From Planctomycetota bacterium (GTDB taxonomy: Bacteria > Planctomycetota > UBA1135 > UBA2386): a stretch of DNA of 64,000 bases. The notes beneath the pieces are model-generated. The model worked only from the letters and a program-made list of their open reading frames with translations, was not told the DNA's origin and did no database searches. Positions within the stretch are counted from its first letter, which is position 1. Every line of letters begins with the position of its first letter. Shown here one piece after another: positions 28,319 to 37,330 of the stretch. The stretch spans positions 3,395,997 to 3,459,996 of the forward strand of contig OZ245838.1 of assembly GCA_965228735.1 (NCBI GenBank). Direction: 5' to 3'. The position numbers and the translations under genes were made by a program.

Positions 28319-30490
28319 ATGACCGGGCAAGCGGCAACGACGACGACGGCCACGGCCGATCGGAACGAGCGCGTGCTCGGGCCGCTCAAGGTCGGCCTGC
28401 GCCGCGACCTGCACTTCACGCGCCAGGCCACGCGCGGCGGGCCGCGTTACATCGCGCACGACCCGGTGACGTTCGAGAATCACGCGTTCGGCGCGGCCGA
28501 CTACCAGGTGATCACGGCGATCACGCACGAACGCACGCTGTCGGCGACGTTCGAGCAACTCGTCATGCGCGGCCTCGTCGAGGACACCGCGGATGGTCGC
28601 GACGGGTTCTATCGCTTCGTCATCTGGCTGCACGGCAAGGGCCTCGTGCACCTGCCGATCGGCAACGGCGACCTGCTCTGGGACCGGCACAACGAACGGC
28701 GAGAGCAACATCGCACGGCGTGGTACCGCACGCTGATGTACCACAAGGTGCCGCTCGGCAGTCCGGATGCGTTCTTGCGGCGCACGATGCCGCTGTTCGG
28801 CTGGCTCTTCTCGGTGCCGGGCCTCCTGCTCTGGACGGCGCTCATGGGGCTCGTCGCGTGGAAGTGCTTCGGCCGCTTCGACGAGCTGTTCGGCCAGGCC
28901 CGGGGTCTGCTCACGATCGCGAACCTGCCGCTGCTCTGGGGCGCGCTCGTCGTGCTCAAGGCCCTGCACGAGTTCGGGCACGCGTACGCGTGCCGGCGTT
29001 TCGGCGCCGCGGTGCCCGAGATGGGCGTCGTGCTGATCATGCTCACCCCGTGCGCCTACGTCGACGCGAGTGCGTCGTGGCGGCTCGATTCACGCCGCCG
29101 GCGGGCCATCGTCGCGCTCGGCGGCATGTACGTGGAATCGATCATCGCGGCCCTCGCCGCGCTCGTCTGGCTCGGCACCCCCCCGGGCTTCGTGCACGAC
29201 CTCGCGCTCAACGTCGTCGTGCTCGCGAGCGTCGTCACCGTGCTCTTCAACATCAATCCGTTGATGAAGTACGACGGCTACTACCTGTTCTCGGACGTGG
29301 TGGGCGTGTTCAACCTGCAGCAGCGGTCCGCCGAGTTCTTGAACGCCTGGGTCGCGCACCTCGTGCTCGGCAGCCCACGGCCGCAGCACGACTACGCCCC
29401 GAGCGAACGCTGGCTCTACGCGACGTTCGGACCCGCGACCGTCGTGTATCGCATGTTCCTCGCGTTCGCGATCACCGCGCTCGTGATGGCGCAGTGGCCC
29501 GGCGCCGGTTTGTTCCTCGCCGCGGTGTTCTTCTACGGGCTCGCGATCCAGCCGACGCTGCGGCTCCTGCTGCGCCTGTGGCGGAACGATGCGCCCGCGC
29601 AACGCGTGCGCAGCCGCCTCGTCGCGGTGAGCCTCGTGACGATCCTGCCGATGCTCGCGAGCATGGTGCCGATCTCGTGGCACGTCACCGCTCCCGGCAT
29701 CCTCGATCCGCAGTCGCGCGAGACGGTCCGCGCTCCCGCCGCGGGCTTCGTCGTCGAGCTCGACCATGCGATCGGCGATGCGGTCAGCAAGCACGACCGC
29801 CTCGGCCGCCTCGAGAACCCGGATCTCGAGGCTCGCCACCGCAAGATGCGGAACGAGCTGCTCGCCGAGCGCACGAGCCTCGACGCGATCGAGCTCGAGG
29901 ACCCGACGCAGGCCGCGATCCACCGCTCCCGCATCGACTTCCTCGAAGCCGGCGTGACGGAGCTGAAGAGTCAGCTCGACGCGATGACGTTGACCGCGGC
30001 GACCACGGGTCGGATCGCGAACCCCGAACGGCACGACTGGCGCGGGCGGTTCGTCCAACAGGGCGAGGAGCTGCTGCAGGTGCACTCGGAGCACCGCTTC
30101 CTGCGCGTCGTGCTCACCGACGAAGCCGTGTCGCGCACGCGGCTCGAGGTCGGCTCGCAGGCGATCGTGCGCTTCACGTGTGATCCGACGCGCGCGATCC
30201 AGGCCACGGTGCGCGACATCAAGAAGTCGGCGTCGCGCGAACGGATCCCGCTCGCGCTCACGATGCTCGCCGGCGGCGACGTCTACGCGCGCCCGCTCGC
30301 GGAAGGCAGCGCGTACGCGGTCGCCGACGAGCCGTACCTGCACATCCTGCTCGAGGTCGAGGACGTGCCGCTGGTCGATCGCGGCGCGGGGCTGACCGCG
30401 CGCGTGCAGTTCGACGCGCGCATCGAGTTGTTCGGCGCGTGGCTGCATCGCCGCGTGGTCGGGTTCTTCAACTCGTGGCGGATGTCGTAG
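28319..30490 (+). CDS. M50 (site-2-protease-like) membrane metalloprotease domain fused to a C-terminal HlyD-like adaptor domain (YydH-like)
   Basis: HExxH within a TM helix (LKALHEFGHAYACRRFG) and second M50 motif (LFNINPLMKYDGYYLF). Multiple TM helices. C-terminal barrel-sandwich/HlyD-like region (VTAPGILDPQSRETVRAPAAGFVVEL...GRIANPER). Confidence 0.75.
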   Translation: MTGQAATTTTATADRNERVLGPLKVGLRRDLHFTRQATRGGPRYIAHDPVTFENHAFGAADYQVITAITHERTLSATFEQLVMRGLVEDTADGRDGFYRFVIWLHGKGLVHLPIGNGDLLWDRHNERREQHRTAWYRTLMYHKVPLGSPDAFLRRTMPLFGWLFSVPGLLLWTALMGLVAWKCFGRFDELFGQARGLLTIANLPLLWGALVVLKALHEFGHAYACRRFGAAVPEMGVVLIMLTPCAYVDASASWRLDSRRRRAIVALGGMYVESIIAALAALVWLGTPPGFVHDLALNVVVLASVVTVLFNINPLMKYDGYYLFSDVVGVFNLQQRSAEFLNAWVAHLVLGSPRPQHDYAPSERWLYATFGPATVVYRMFLAFAITALVMAQWPGAGLFLAAVFFYGLAIQPTLRLLLRLWRNDAPAQRVRSRLVAVSLVTILPMLASMVPISWHVTAPGILDPQSRETVRAPAAGFVVELDHAIGDAVSKHDRLGRLENPDLEARHRKMRNELLAERTSLDAIELEDPTQAAIHRSRIDFLEAGVTELKSQLDAMTLTAATTGRIANPERHDWRGRFVQQGEELLQVHSEHRFLRVVLTDEAVSRTRLEVGSQAIVRFTCDPTRAIQATVRDIKKSASRERIPLALTMLAGGDVYARPLAEGSAYAVADEPYLHILLEVEDVPLVDRGAGLTARVQFDARIELFGAWLHRRVVGFFNSWRMS

Positions 30491-30510
30491 CTGCGACGCC
30501 ATTCGAAAAA

Positions 30511-30530
30511 TGTCAATCACTGCATTGACA
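30511..30530. promoter_or_regulatory. Perfect palindrome TGTCAAT-N6-ATTGACA (candidate operator) overlapping a sigma70-like -35/extended -10 (TTGACA-N16-TGaTAGGGT)
   Basis: Read directly: tgtcaatcactgcattgaca, 20 nt after the stop of the M50-HlyD gene. Its 3' half is TTGACA, with TGaTAGGGT 16 nt downstream. Low local GC. Confidence 0.4.
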
Positions 30531-30994
30531 GATCGAGGACATCTGATAGGGTTCCGCGCCCCAATGAGTCACCTATCAAGACAACCGGCGCGAGCGTACC
30601 CCACGCCATCCGCCACGCGCGCAGGAATTGCGACGCCCGACTGACGGCTCGACCTCGACATTCGTCGACGAGAGAGTGTTCTCAGTCGCCGCGCCGCAGA
30701 GCCTCGCCCGGAAGCCCCGAGCGAGGCTCTCTTGGTTTTGGCGCGTGATTGCGGCTCGCAGCGCTCGGGTCCCGTGACCCGGAACGCCCGCCCATCATCG
30801 AACTCGAGAACGAGGAGAAGCACGAATGAACGTCCAACACAGCATCCAGAACGGCTGACGTCGTCCGGCGGCGCGAGCCGGCTGCGACCACTCCGGTGGC
30901 CGTATCGCCGGCCCGTGTTCCGCGACAACGGGTTCTGCCGGCGTCACCGATCCGGAACCGAGCCTGCGGTTGCAGGTGGCAGAGCCATGCTCAT

Positions 30995-31011
30995 GCGGGT
31001 TCGAATCCCGC
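30995..31011 (+). other. tRNA-like T-arm (GCGGG-TTCGAAT-CCCGC) inside a ~950-bp non-coding gap; no complete tRNA found
   Basis: Exact tRNA/tmRNA-type T-loop GGTTCGAATCC with a 5-bp stem. The 7 nt that follow (acctgac) have no complementary 5' acceptor strand within 100 nt upstream. Confidence 0.35.
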
Positions 31012-31295
31012 ACCTGACTTCGGATCAGGCCGCCCAGATCAGGGAACACCTGACGAGGGCTCCCGCGTTCGGCCGGCGCCCCGTCCCTTACAGCCATCCT
31101 ATGACGGTGTGCGAGAGCATACCTGTCCATAGGCACCGCCTGATATCGCCTTGTATGCACGGTACGCGTCGCGGCAGCGACGTGGTCACGCCACCGGTAT
31201 GCCCGTTGCGCCCATTCGAAGGGGACGGCGCGCGGCGACCGGACGGGACCGCGAAGCGCCGCGGCGAACCGTCCATCCGCGACGACGGCGGGGCA

Positions 31296-31318
31296 CCGGG
31301 GAACGGGGCGCCGGCTGG
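31296..31318 (+). terminator. Intrinsic terminator-like hairpin (GGCGCC-GGCT-GGCGCC + TTTTT)
   Basis: gggcgccggctggcgcctttttc: GC stem, 4-nt loop, T5 run on the + strand. ~120 nt upstream of the SPFH gene start. Confidence 0.5.
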
Positions 31319-31438
31319 CGCCTTTTTCGCCTGCGCCGCAGTTCCGACGTCACCCGTTCCACCGAACACCCAGTTCCCGAACCAGAGCAGTCCCCGAACC
31401 AGAGGAAGAACACCCAGAGAAAGCAGAGAGGAAGAACC

Positions 31439-32563
31439 ATGATCCGTGTCACCATCGAGAAGAACCAGATCGGCATCGTGCTGCAGGACGGCGACGTCCG
31501 GCGCGTGCTGTCGGCCGGCCGTCACTACGTCCCGGAGCGCGTGCTGCCGGGCGTGACGGTCGCCCGCCTCAACCAGCGCATCACCCGCCTGGCCCACAGC
31601 AAGCTCGACGCGATCGTCGAGTCGCCCGCGCTGCGCGACCTGCTCACCGTCGTCGACCTCGGCGAGGACGAGCGGGCCATCGTGTGGCGTGACGGCCGGC
31701 TCTACGACGTCGTCGCGGCGGGCCGATTCGCCTACTGGAACGCGCCGTACGCGCTGAAGGTCGAGACCTTCAGCGCCACGGCGACCCGGTTCACGCACCC
31801 CCAGCTGAACGCGATCCTCGCTCGCGAGGATGCGCGCACCCAGCTGGTCGGCATCGACGTCGAGCCGCACGAGCGCCTGCTCGTGCGGCGCGGCGGCGAG
31901 CTGATCGGTGTGTTCGGCCCGGGCCGACACGCGTTCTGGCGCCTCGGCGGTGCGGTCACGTGGCAGGACGTCGACATGCGCGAACAGCTCGCGGACATCG
32001 GCGGCCAGGAGATCATGACGGCGGACAACGTCACGCTTCGGCTCAACCTGACCGTGACGTGGCAGATCACCGACCCGGTGGCCGCGACGACCGTCGTCGC
32101 TTCTGCTGGCCAGGCGCTCTACCGCGAAGCGCAGCTCGCGCTGCGGGCCGCCGTCTCGGCCCGCGATCTCGAGCGCGTGCTCACGGACAAGGCCGATCTC
32201 AGCAACGAGGTCCGCGATGCGATCGCTGGCCGCGTGAACGAGTTCGGCGTCCGCGTCGTGAGCACGGGCATCCGTGACATCGTGCTGCCGGGCGACATGA
32301 AGGCGATCCTCAACCAGGTGATCGAGGCCAGGAAGCAGGCGGAAGCCAACCTGATCCGGCGGCGCGAGGAAACCGCGGCGGCCCGGAGCCAGGCCAACAC
32401 CGCGCGCCTCCTGGCGGAGCACCCGGTGCTCATGCGCATGAAGGAGCTCGAGAGCCTGGAGGCGATCCTGCGGGGCACCCGCAGCACGTTCGTCTTCGGG
32501 ACCGGCGACCTGACGGCGCAGATGAAGACGCTCGTTGCCAGCCAGAAGGACGGCGACGAGTGA
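31439..32563 (+). CDS. SPFH/band-7 (stomatin-prohibitin-flotillin-like) domain protein
   Basis: Starts MIRVTIEKNQIGIVLQDGDVRRV. Band-7 core (IMTADNVTLRLNLTVTWQITDP). C-terminal coiled-coil (EARKQAEANLIRRREETAAARSQANTARLLAE). The upstream 96 codons of the ORF are Arg-rich non-coding-like. Confidence 0.75.
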   Translation: MIRVTIEKNQIGIVLQDGDVRRVLSAGRHYVPERVLPGVTVARLNQRITRLAHSKLDAIVESPALRDLLTVVDLGEDERAIVWRDGRLYDVVAAGRFAYWNAPYALKVETFSATATRFTHPQLNAILAREDARTQLVGIDVEPHERLLVRRGGELIGVFGPGRHAFWRLGGAVTWQDVDMREQLADIGGQEIMTADNVTLRLNLTVTWQITDPVAATTVVASAGQALYREAQLALRAAVSARDLERVLTDKADLSNEVRDAIAGRVNEFGVRVVSTGIRDIVLPGDMKAILNQVIEARKQAEANLIRRREETAAARSQANTARLLAEHPVLMRMKELESLEAILRGTRSTFVFGTGDLTAQMKTLVASQKDGDE

Positions 32564-32717
32564 GGCACTGGCCGGTAGCGACCGTGACGCGGTCGCTACC
32601 GGCCATGGCCATGCGCTGCGGCCGCGGCCGCGATCGCGGCGAGCCGGAGCCCCCGGGCGGTGGATCCGCGCAACCCCTGGCGAGCCGCGGCCGTATCCCG
32701 TTTCATGGTGCGCCGCC

Positions 32718-35700
32718 ATGCACCGCACCCTGCATCGACTCGCGATCATCCTGCCGGGACTGCTCGGCACGGCCGTTCTCGCGCAGCAGCCAGCCGCCGC
32801 GAACGCCCCGACCGACTCCGTCTACCGCGACCGGATCCAGCCGCTGCTGAGCAAGCACTGCTTCCGCTGCCACGGTGAGAAGAAGCAGAAGGCCGACGTC
32901 CGGCTCGACAATCTCGACGCGACGATGGGCACGGCCGCGGCGGCCGAGGGCTGGCGGTCGGCGCTCGACATGATCAACTCCGGCGAGATGCCGCCGGAGG
33001 ACGAGCCGCAGTTCACCGACGACCAGCGGCGCGAGGTCGTCGACTGGATGACGAGCTCGCTCGACCGGGCCGCCGAGGAGCAGAAGGGCCAACGCCACGT
33101 CGTGCTGCGGCGCCTGACCCGGGCGCAGTACACCAACGCGCTGCAGGACCTGCTCGGAGTCACGATCGACTTCGGCCGCGACCTGCCGGCCGACGGCAAG
33201 TCCGAGATGGGCTTCTCCAACAACGGCGAGGTCCTGCAGGCGAGCTCGCTGCACCTGGACTACTACCGTGACATCGCGCGCCGCGGCATCGAGCAGGCGA
33301 TCCCGATCGGCGGCCGCCCGCCCGTCACGCACTACCGCGTCGAGTTCGGCAAGGGCATCGGCAAGGGCCTCGTGGCCGGTCGCACCGGCGGCTACCAGTC
33401 CGTGCCGCTCAACCCCGACGACTTCACCGTCGAGATCCTCGGCGACGGCCCCGCTGACGAGGACGAACGCCATCGCCTGCAGAAGAAGATCAGCGTCGGC
33501 CTGCGCGGCTCGGGCCAGGACCGGTTCCGCGTCACCGACGACGGCATGGTGCTGCTGTCCGCGCTGCCGCACCGCGAGAAGGTGCCGAAATCGTGGCAGG
33601 GCCCGTCACCCAACCTCAAACTCGAGATGCAGCGCTGCTGGCCGCGCACCGGCGACTTCGTGATGCGCGTCACGGCGTCGCGCGGCACGGTCCCGCCGCT
33701 GCGCCGCCAGATCCTCGTCGGGCTCGACGAACCGATCGCGCTCGCGGCGATCGGCGAGGACGGCGCGCCGCGCGGCCCCGAGGGTGCGATCGTGATCGCG
33801 GCGAAGTCGAAGCGCGTCGACCAGAAGAAGAACGTGCGCCTCGAGGGCGACACGCTCGTCGCCGTCGACGTGCCCGAGCCGAGCCGCGTGCGCGTGCGCG
33901 CCGACCTGCCGCGCGACGGCTTCTGGCAGGTCGACCTCGTGCACCCCTACGTCGCGCCCGACGCGATGCCGTCCGTGCGGCTCTCGGCGGCGGGGCACCA
34001 CATCGACCAGCGGCTGACGCTCGAGGAAGCCGGCTCCGAGCTGCGCGTGACGCCGCTCGGCGTGCTCGGCCTGCGCGCCGGTCGCCACCACCTCGTCGTC
34101 GGCGGCCCGTTCTTCGTCGGCTGCAGCCACGTGGTGATCACGCCGCTGCCGGCGGACCACCCGCAGGTCGTCCGGCTCACCGCGCGCGTCGACGAGCAGA
34201 ACGACGCCGTCAAGGATCTCGTGCCGTCGATCCGGGCGCTGGTCGGCACCCGCACCGACGACGGCATGGACTACCTCACGTTCGGCGACGCGCAGGAGGT
34301 GCACGCGAAAGAAGGCCAGCCCGCGACGTACGAGTTCTTCGGCCGCCTCGAGAACCTGCCGATCCCGGCCCCCGAGTCGGGGGACCTGGAGGTCCTGTCG
34401 GGCTTCCTGCTCCTCGGCATCTGGAACGACCACCTCGTCAAGAGCAAGAACGAGACCGGGCCGCCGCTGCTCGTGAAGGCGATCGAGTTCGAGGCCCCCT
34501 ACCATCCGACGTGGCCGCCGCGGTCGCGGCAGCAGATCTTCGTCGATGGCGACCGCAGCGACCTCGTGGCCTACACGCGCACGGTGCTGCGGACGTTCCT
34601 CGAGCGCGCGTTCCGGCGCGACGTCGAGGCCGCCGAGGTCGAACGCTACCTCGGGTTCTGGCAGGCGATCCGCGGCGATTACGGCTCCTACGAGGAAGGC
34701 GTCGGCGAGGTGCTGATCGCGATCCTGTGCTCGCCGCAGTTCTTGTATCTGGTCGAGTTCGAGGAGCACCAGGAGGAGCTGTCCGAGATGGCGCTCGCTA
34801 ACCGGCTCGCGTTCTTCCTGTGGAACTCGCCGCCCGATGCCGAGCTCCGCGCCGTCGCCGAACGCGGTGAACTCCGGTCCGAACTGCTCGCCCAGACGGA
34901 CCGCATACTCGATGACGACAAGGCGTGGCGCTTCGTCCGCGCGTTCGCCTACGAGTGGCTGCGGCTCGATCGCCACGCGGAGATGACGATCAACGTCGAC
35001 CAGCACGGCGACTACACGCGCTTCGTGAAGCGCGACATGGCGGAGGAGACCTACCACTTCGTGCACCGCGTGCTGCACGACGACCTGCCGATCACCGCGC
35101 TGATCGACTCGGACTTCGCGATGCTCAATCAGAACCTCGCCGAGTTCTATGGCATCGACGGCGTCATGGGGCCGCACTTCCGCCCCGTGCCCGTGACCCC
35201 GGACCAGCGCCGCGGCGGTCTGCTCTCGCAGGGCGCGTTCCTCGTCGGTCACAGCGACGGCATGGAGCCGCACCCGATCAAGCGCGCGGTGTGGGTGAAG
35301 GAGAAGATCCTCGGCGACCCGCCGCCGCCGCCGCCGCCGAACGTGCCCGACCTCGACCCGGACACGCCGGGCTTCGAGAAGCTCACGCTCAAACAGCAGC
35401 TCGAGGTGCACCGCGACAGCGCATCGTGCCGCGACTGCCATGCGGGCATCGACCCGTTCGGCATCGCGTTCGAGAAGCTCTCGGCGGTCGGCCGCTACGA
35501 ACCGAAGCGCAAGGGTCTGACCGTGGACGCGACAACGGTGCTGCCGGACGGCACCGCGATCGACGGGGTGCGGCAGCTGCAGGACTACCTGCTCGGCGAA
35601 CGCCGCGACGACTTCGCGCGGGCGCTGATCGAGCACCTGTTCGCCTACGCGCTCGGCCGCAATGTGCACTTCGCGGACGAAAGTGAGATCGACGCGCTGC

Positions 35701-35783
35701 TGTGGCAGGTAAAACTGTCCGGGTATCGGATGCGGGCGGTGATCCGCAGCATCGTCACGAGTCCGTCGTTCACCCACCGGTGA
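32718..35783 (+). CDS. DUF1549/DUF1553 (PSCyt/PSD1) family secreted protein with an N-terminal cytochrome c-like CxxCH
   Basis: Signal peptide (MHRTLHRLAIILPGLLGTAVLAQQ). Motif LLSKHCFRCHG. Planctomycete-type family, usually paired with DUF1501. Length ~1021 aa. Confidence 0.8.
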   Translation: MHRTLHRLAIILPGLLGTAVLAQQPAAANAPTDSVYRDRIQPLLSKHCFRCHGEKKQKADVRLDNLDATMGTAAAAEGWRSALDMINSGEMPPEDEPQFTDDQRREVVDWMTSSLDRAAEEQKGQRHVVLRRLTRAQYTNALQDLLGVTIDFGRDLPADGKSEMGFSNNGEVLQASSLHLDYYRDIARRGIEQAIPIGGRPPVTHYRVEFGKGIGKGLVAGRTGGYQSVPLNPDDFTVEILGDGPADEDERHRLQKKISVGLRGSGQDRFRVTDDGMVLLSALPHREKVPKSWQGPSPNLKLEMQRCWPRTGDFVMRVTASRGTVPPLRRQILVGLDEPIALAAIGEDGAPRGPEGAIVIAAKSKRVDQKKNVRLEGDTLVAVDVPEPSRVRVRADLPRDGFWQVDLVHPYVAPDAMPSVRLSAAGHHIDQRLTLEEAGSELRVTPLGVLGLRAGRHHLVVGGPFFVGCSHVVITPLPADHPQVVRLTARVDEQNDAVKDLVPSIRALVGTRTDDGMDYLTFGDAQEVHAKEGQPATYEFFGRLENLPIPAPESGDLEVLSGFLLLGIWNDHLVKSKNETGPPLLVKAIEFEAPYHPTWPPRSRQQIFVDGDRSDLVAYTRTVLRTFLERAFRRDVEAAEVERYLGFWQAIRGDYGSYEEGVGEVLIAILCSPQFLYLVEFEEHQEELSEMALANRLAFFLWNSPPDAELRAVAERGELRSELLAQTDRILDDDKAWRFVRAFAYEWLRLDRHAEMTINVDQHGDYTRFVKRDMAEETYHFVHRVLHDDLPITALIDSDFAMLNQNLAEFYGIDGVMGPHFRPVPVTPDQRRGGLLSQGAFLVGHSDGMEPHPIKRAVWVKEKILGDPPPPPPPNVPDLDPDTPGFEKLTLKQQLEVHRDSASCRDCHAGIDPFGIAFEKLSAVGRYEPKRKGLTVDATTVLPDGTAIDGVRQLQDYLLGERRDDFARALIEHLFAYALGRNVHFADESEIDALLWQVKLSGYRMRAVIRSIVTSPSFTHR

Positions 35784-35843
35784 CGTCGGCCGATCCCTCC
35801 AGGTTGCCTGTCCGACACGCCCCGTAAGCCGAAGTCATCCCTC

Positions 35844-37196
35844 ATGACCAAGCTCAGTAGCCTCTTCGACCGCCGCAACTTCCTGCGCGGTGCCGGTGTG
35901 ACCGTCACGCTGCCGTGGCTCGAGTCGCTCACGCGCCCGTTGGTTCCTGGCGCCCCGAAGCGCGAGCCCGTCCGCCGGATGTGCTTCGTCTACTTCCCCA
36001 ACGGCGCGGCGATGCCGAAGGAGCACGACGAGAAGTGGGGCAAGTGGCGCTGGTTCCCGCACGATCCGGGGCGGGACTACGAGTTCACCGAGGTGCTGAA
36101 GTGCCTCGCGCCGTTCCGCGAGAAGCTCTCGCTGCTCGGCGGCCTGAGTCACCCGCTGAGTCGGGAGCTGCTCGGACACCTCGCGGGCGACACCTGGCTG
36201 ACCGCCGGTGACATGCGCGGTGACGTCTACAAGAATCGGGTGTCCGTCGACCAGGTCGCGGCGCGGCAGCTGCAGAAGCACACGCGCTACCCGTCGCTCG
36301 TGCTCAGCACGGACGGTGGCGTCGGCTACAAGTCGCGCGTCTCGACGCTGTCGTTCGACCACAGCGCGCGCCCGATCCCGTCCGAGTGCCGCCAGCGGCT
36401 CATCTTCGAGCGCTACTTCGCGCCGGGCGGCGGTGCGACGACCGACGAACGGCGCCACCAGCTGCAGCGCGGCAAGAAGATCGTCGACCTCGTTCTCGAG
36501 GACAGCAAACGCCTGCAGGGCAAGCTCTCGGCGCGCGATCAGCAGAAGCTCGATGCCTACCTGGCGTCGCTCGACTCGGTCGAGGCCCAGATCCGCCGCA
36601 ACGAGGAGTGGCTCGACCGGCCGATCAAGCCGTTCGACGCGAGCAAGATCGATCTCGACGTGGGTGCGGGCGTCGACCCGCAGGGTTACCTGCGATCGAT
36701 GTTCGACCTCATGGTCCTGGGCTTCCAGACCGACCTCACGCGCGTCATGACGTTCATGACCGGGCGCGAGGACGGCATGGGCTTCGCCGACAAGTTCCCG
36801 GAGCGCGCGCTCGGCATCAAGCGCGGGCACCACACGATCAGCCACGACCAGCACGAGGGTCACTGGGATCAGTGGGGCCGGTACGATCAGTGGCACGCGC
36901 AGCAGTTCGGCTACTTCCTCGATCGCCTCGACGAGGTCGAGGACGAGCACGGCAAGCTGCTCGACACCACGATGGTGCTCTACGGCAGCTGCTGCAGCAC
37001 GACGCACAACGCGCGCAACTACCCGCTCGCGCTCGCCGGCGGCGGCAAGCTCGGGCTGCGACACGGCGGCTACCACAAGTACGACGAGTCGACGCCGTTC
37101 AGCAACGTGTTCGTCGGCATGCTCAACGCGGTCGGCGTGAAGACCGAGAGCTTCGCCGACAGCACGGGCACGATCGCCGAAGTCTTCCCCGCGTAA
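35844..37196 (+). CDS. DUF1501 family (sulfatase/alkaline-phosphatase-like fold) secreted protein with Tat-like signal
   Basis: Twin-Arg motif (FDRRNFLRGAGVT). Full-length DUF1501-type sequence. Classic partner of the preceding DUF1553 gene. Confidence 0.85.
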   Translation: MTKLSSLFDRRNFLRGAGVTVTLPWLESLTRPLVPGAPKREPVRRMCFVYFPNGAAMPKEHDEKWGKWRWFPHDPGRDYEFTEVLKCLAPFREKLSLLGGLSHPLSRELLGHLAGDTWLTAGDMRGDVYKNRVSVDQVAARQLQKHTRYPSLVLSTDGGVGYKSRVSTLSFDHSARPIPSECRQRLIFERYFAPGGGATTDERRHQLQRGKKIVDLVLEDSKRLQGKLSARDQQKLDAYLASLDSVEAQIRRNEEWLDRPIKPFDASKIDLDVGAGVDPQGYLRSMFDLMVLGFQTDLTRVMTFMTGREDGMGFADKFPERALGIKRGHHTISHDQHEGHWDQWGRYDQWHAQQFGYFLDRLDEVEDEHGKLLDTTMVLYGSCCSTTHNARNYPLALAGGGKLGLRHGGYHKYDESTPFSNVFVGMLNAVGVKTESFADSTGTIAEVFPA

Positions 37197-37330
37197 GCGG
37201 ACCTCGCGGAATCCCCGTAGCGGGGTTGTGTACGGTGCCAGGCACGCACCACAACCCCCTGGCACGAACCACAACCCCTGTGGCGATCGCGGCGCGCTAC
37301 GATGGACGCGCTTCTCGCCCTACGCTCGCC

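Noticed and set aside
21300-30490. Classical type I secretion system (HlyB-HlyD-TolC) for the RTX protein
   Set aside because: No ABC transporter/ATPase (Walker A/B, ABC signature) and no TolC-like gene anywhere in the cluster. Only HlyD-like adaptors are present, so a conventional T1SS cannot be asserted from this window.
30900-31020. Complete tRNA or tmRNA gene around the GGTTCGAATCC T-loop
   Set aside because: No 7-nt sequence complementary to the post-T-arm segment (acctgac) occurs in the 100 nt upstream, whether for standard or long-variable-arm geometry. No GGGG 5' end, tag-peptide frame or CCA-proximal acceptor typical of tmRNA could be found. Kept only as a 'tRNA-like fragment'.
37236-37282. 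Possible sigma-54 promoter (TGGCACG) within a 17-bp direct repeat upstream of gene 37331-39106
   Set aside because: The -12 element (TTGCW) is absent at the required 4-5 nt spacing. More likely a simple direct repeat.
36386-37330. Upstream extension of the 906-aa ORF (and the short MDALLALRSP ORF) as the start of gene 37331-39106
   Set aside because: The extension overlaps the DUF1501 coding region in another frame. A GTG at ~37331 yields a signal-peptide-like N-terminus.
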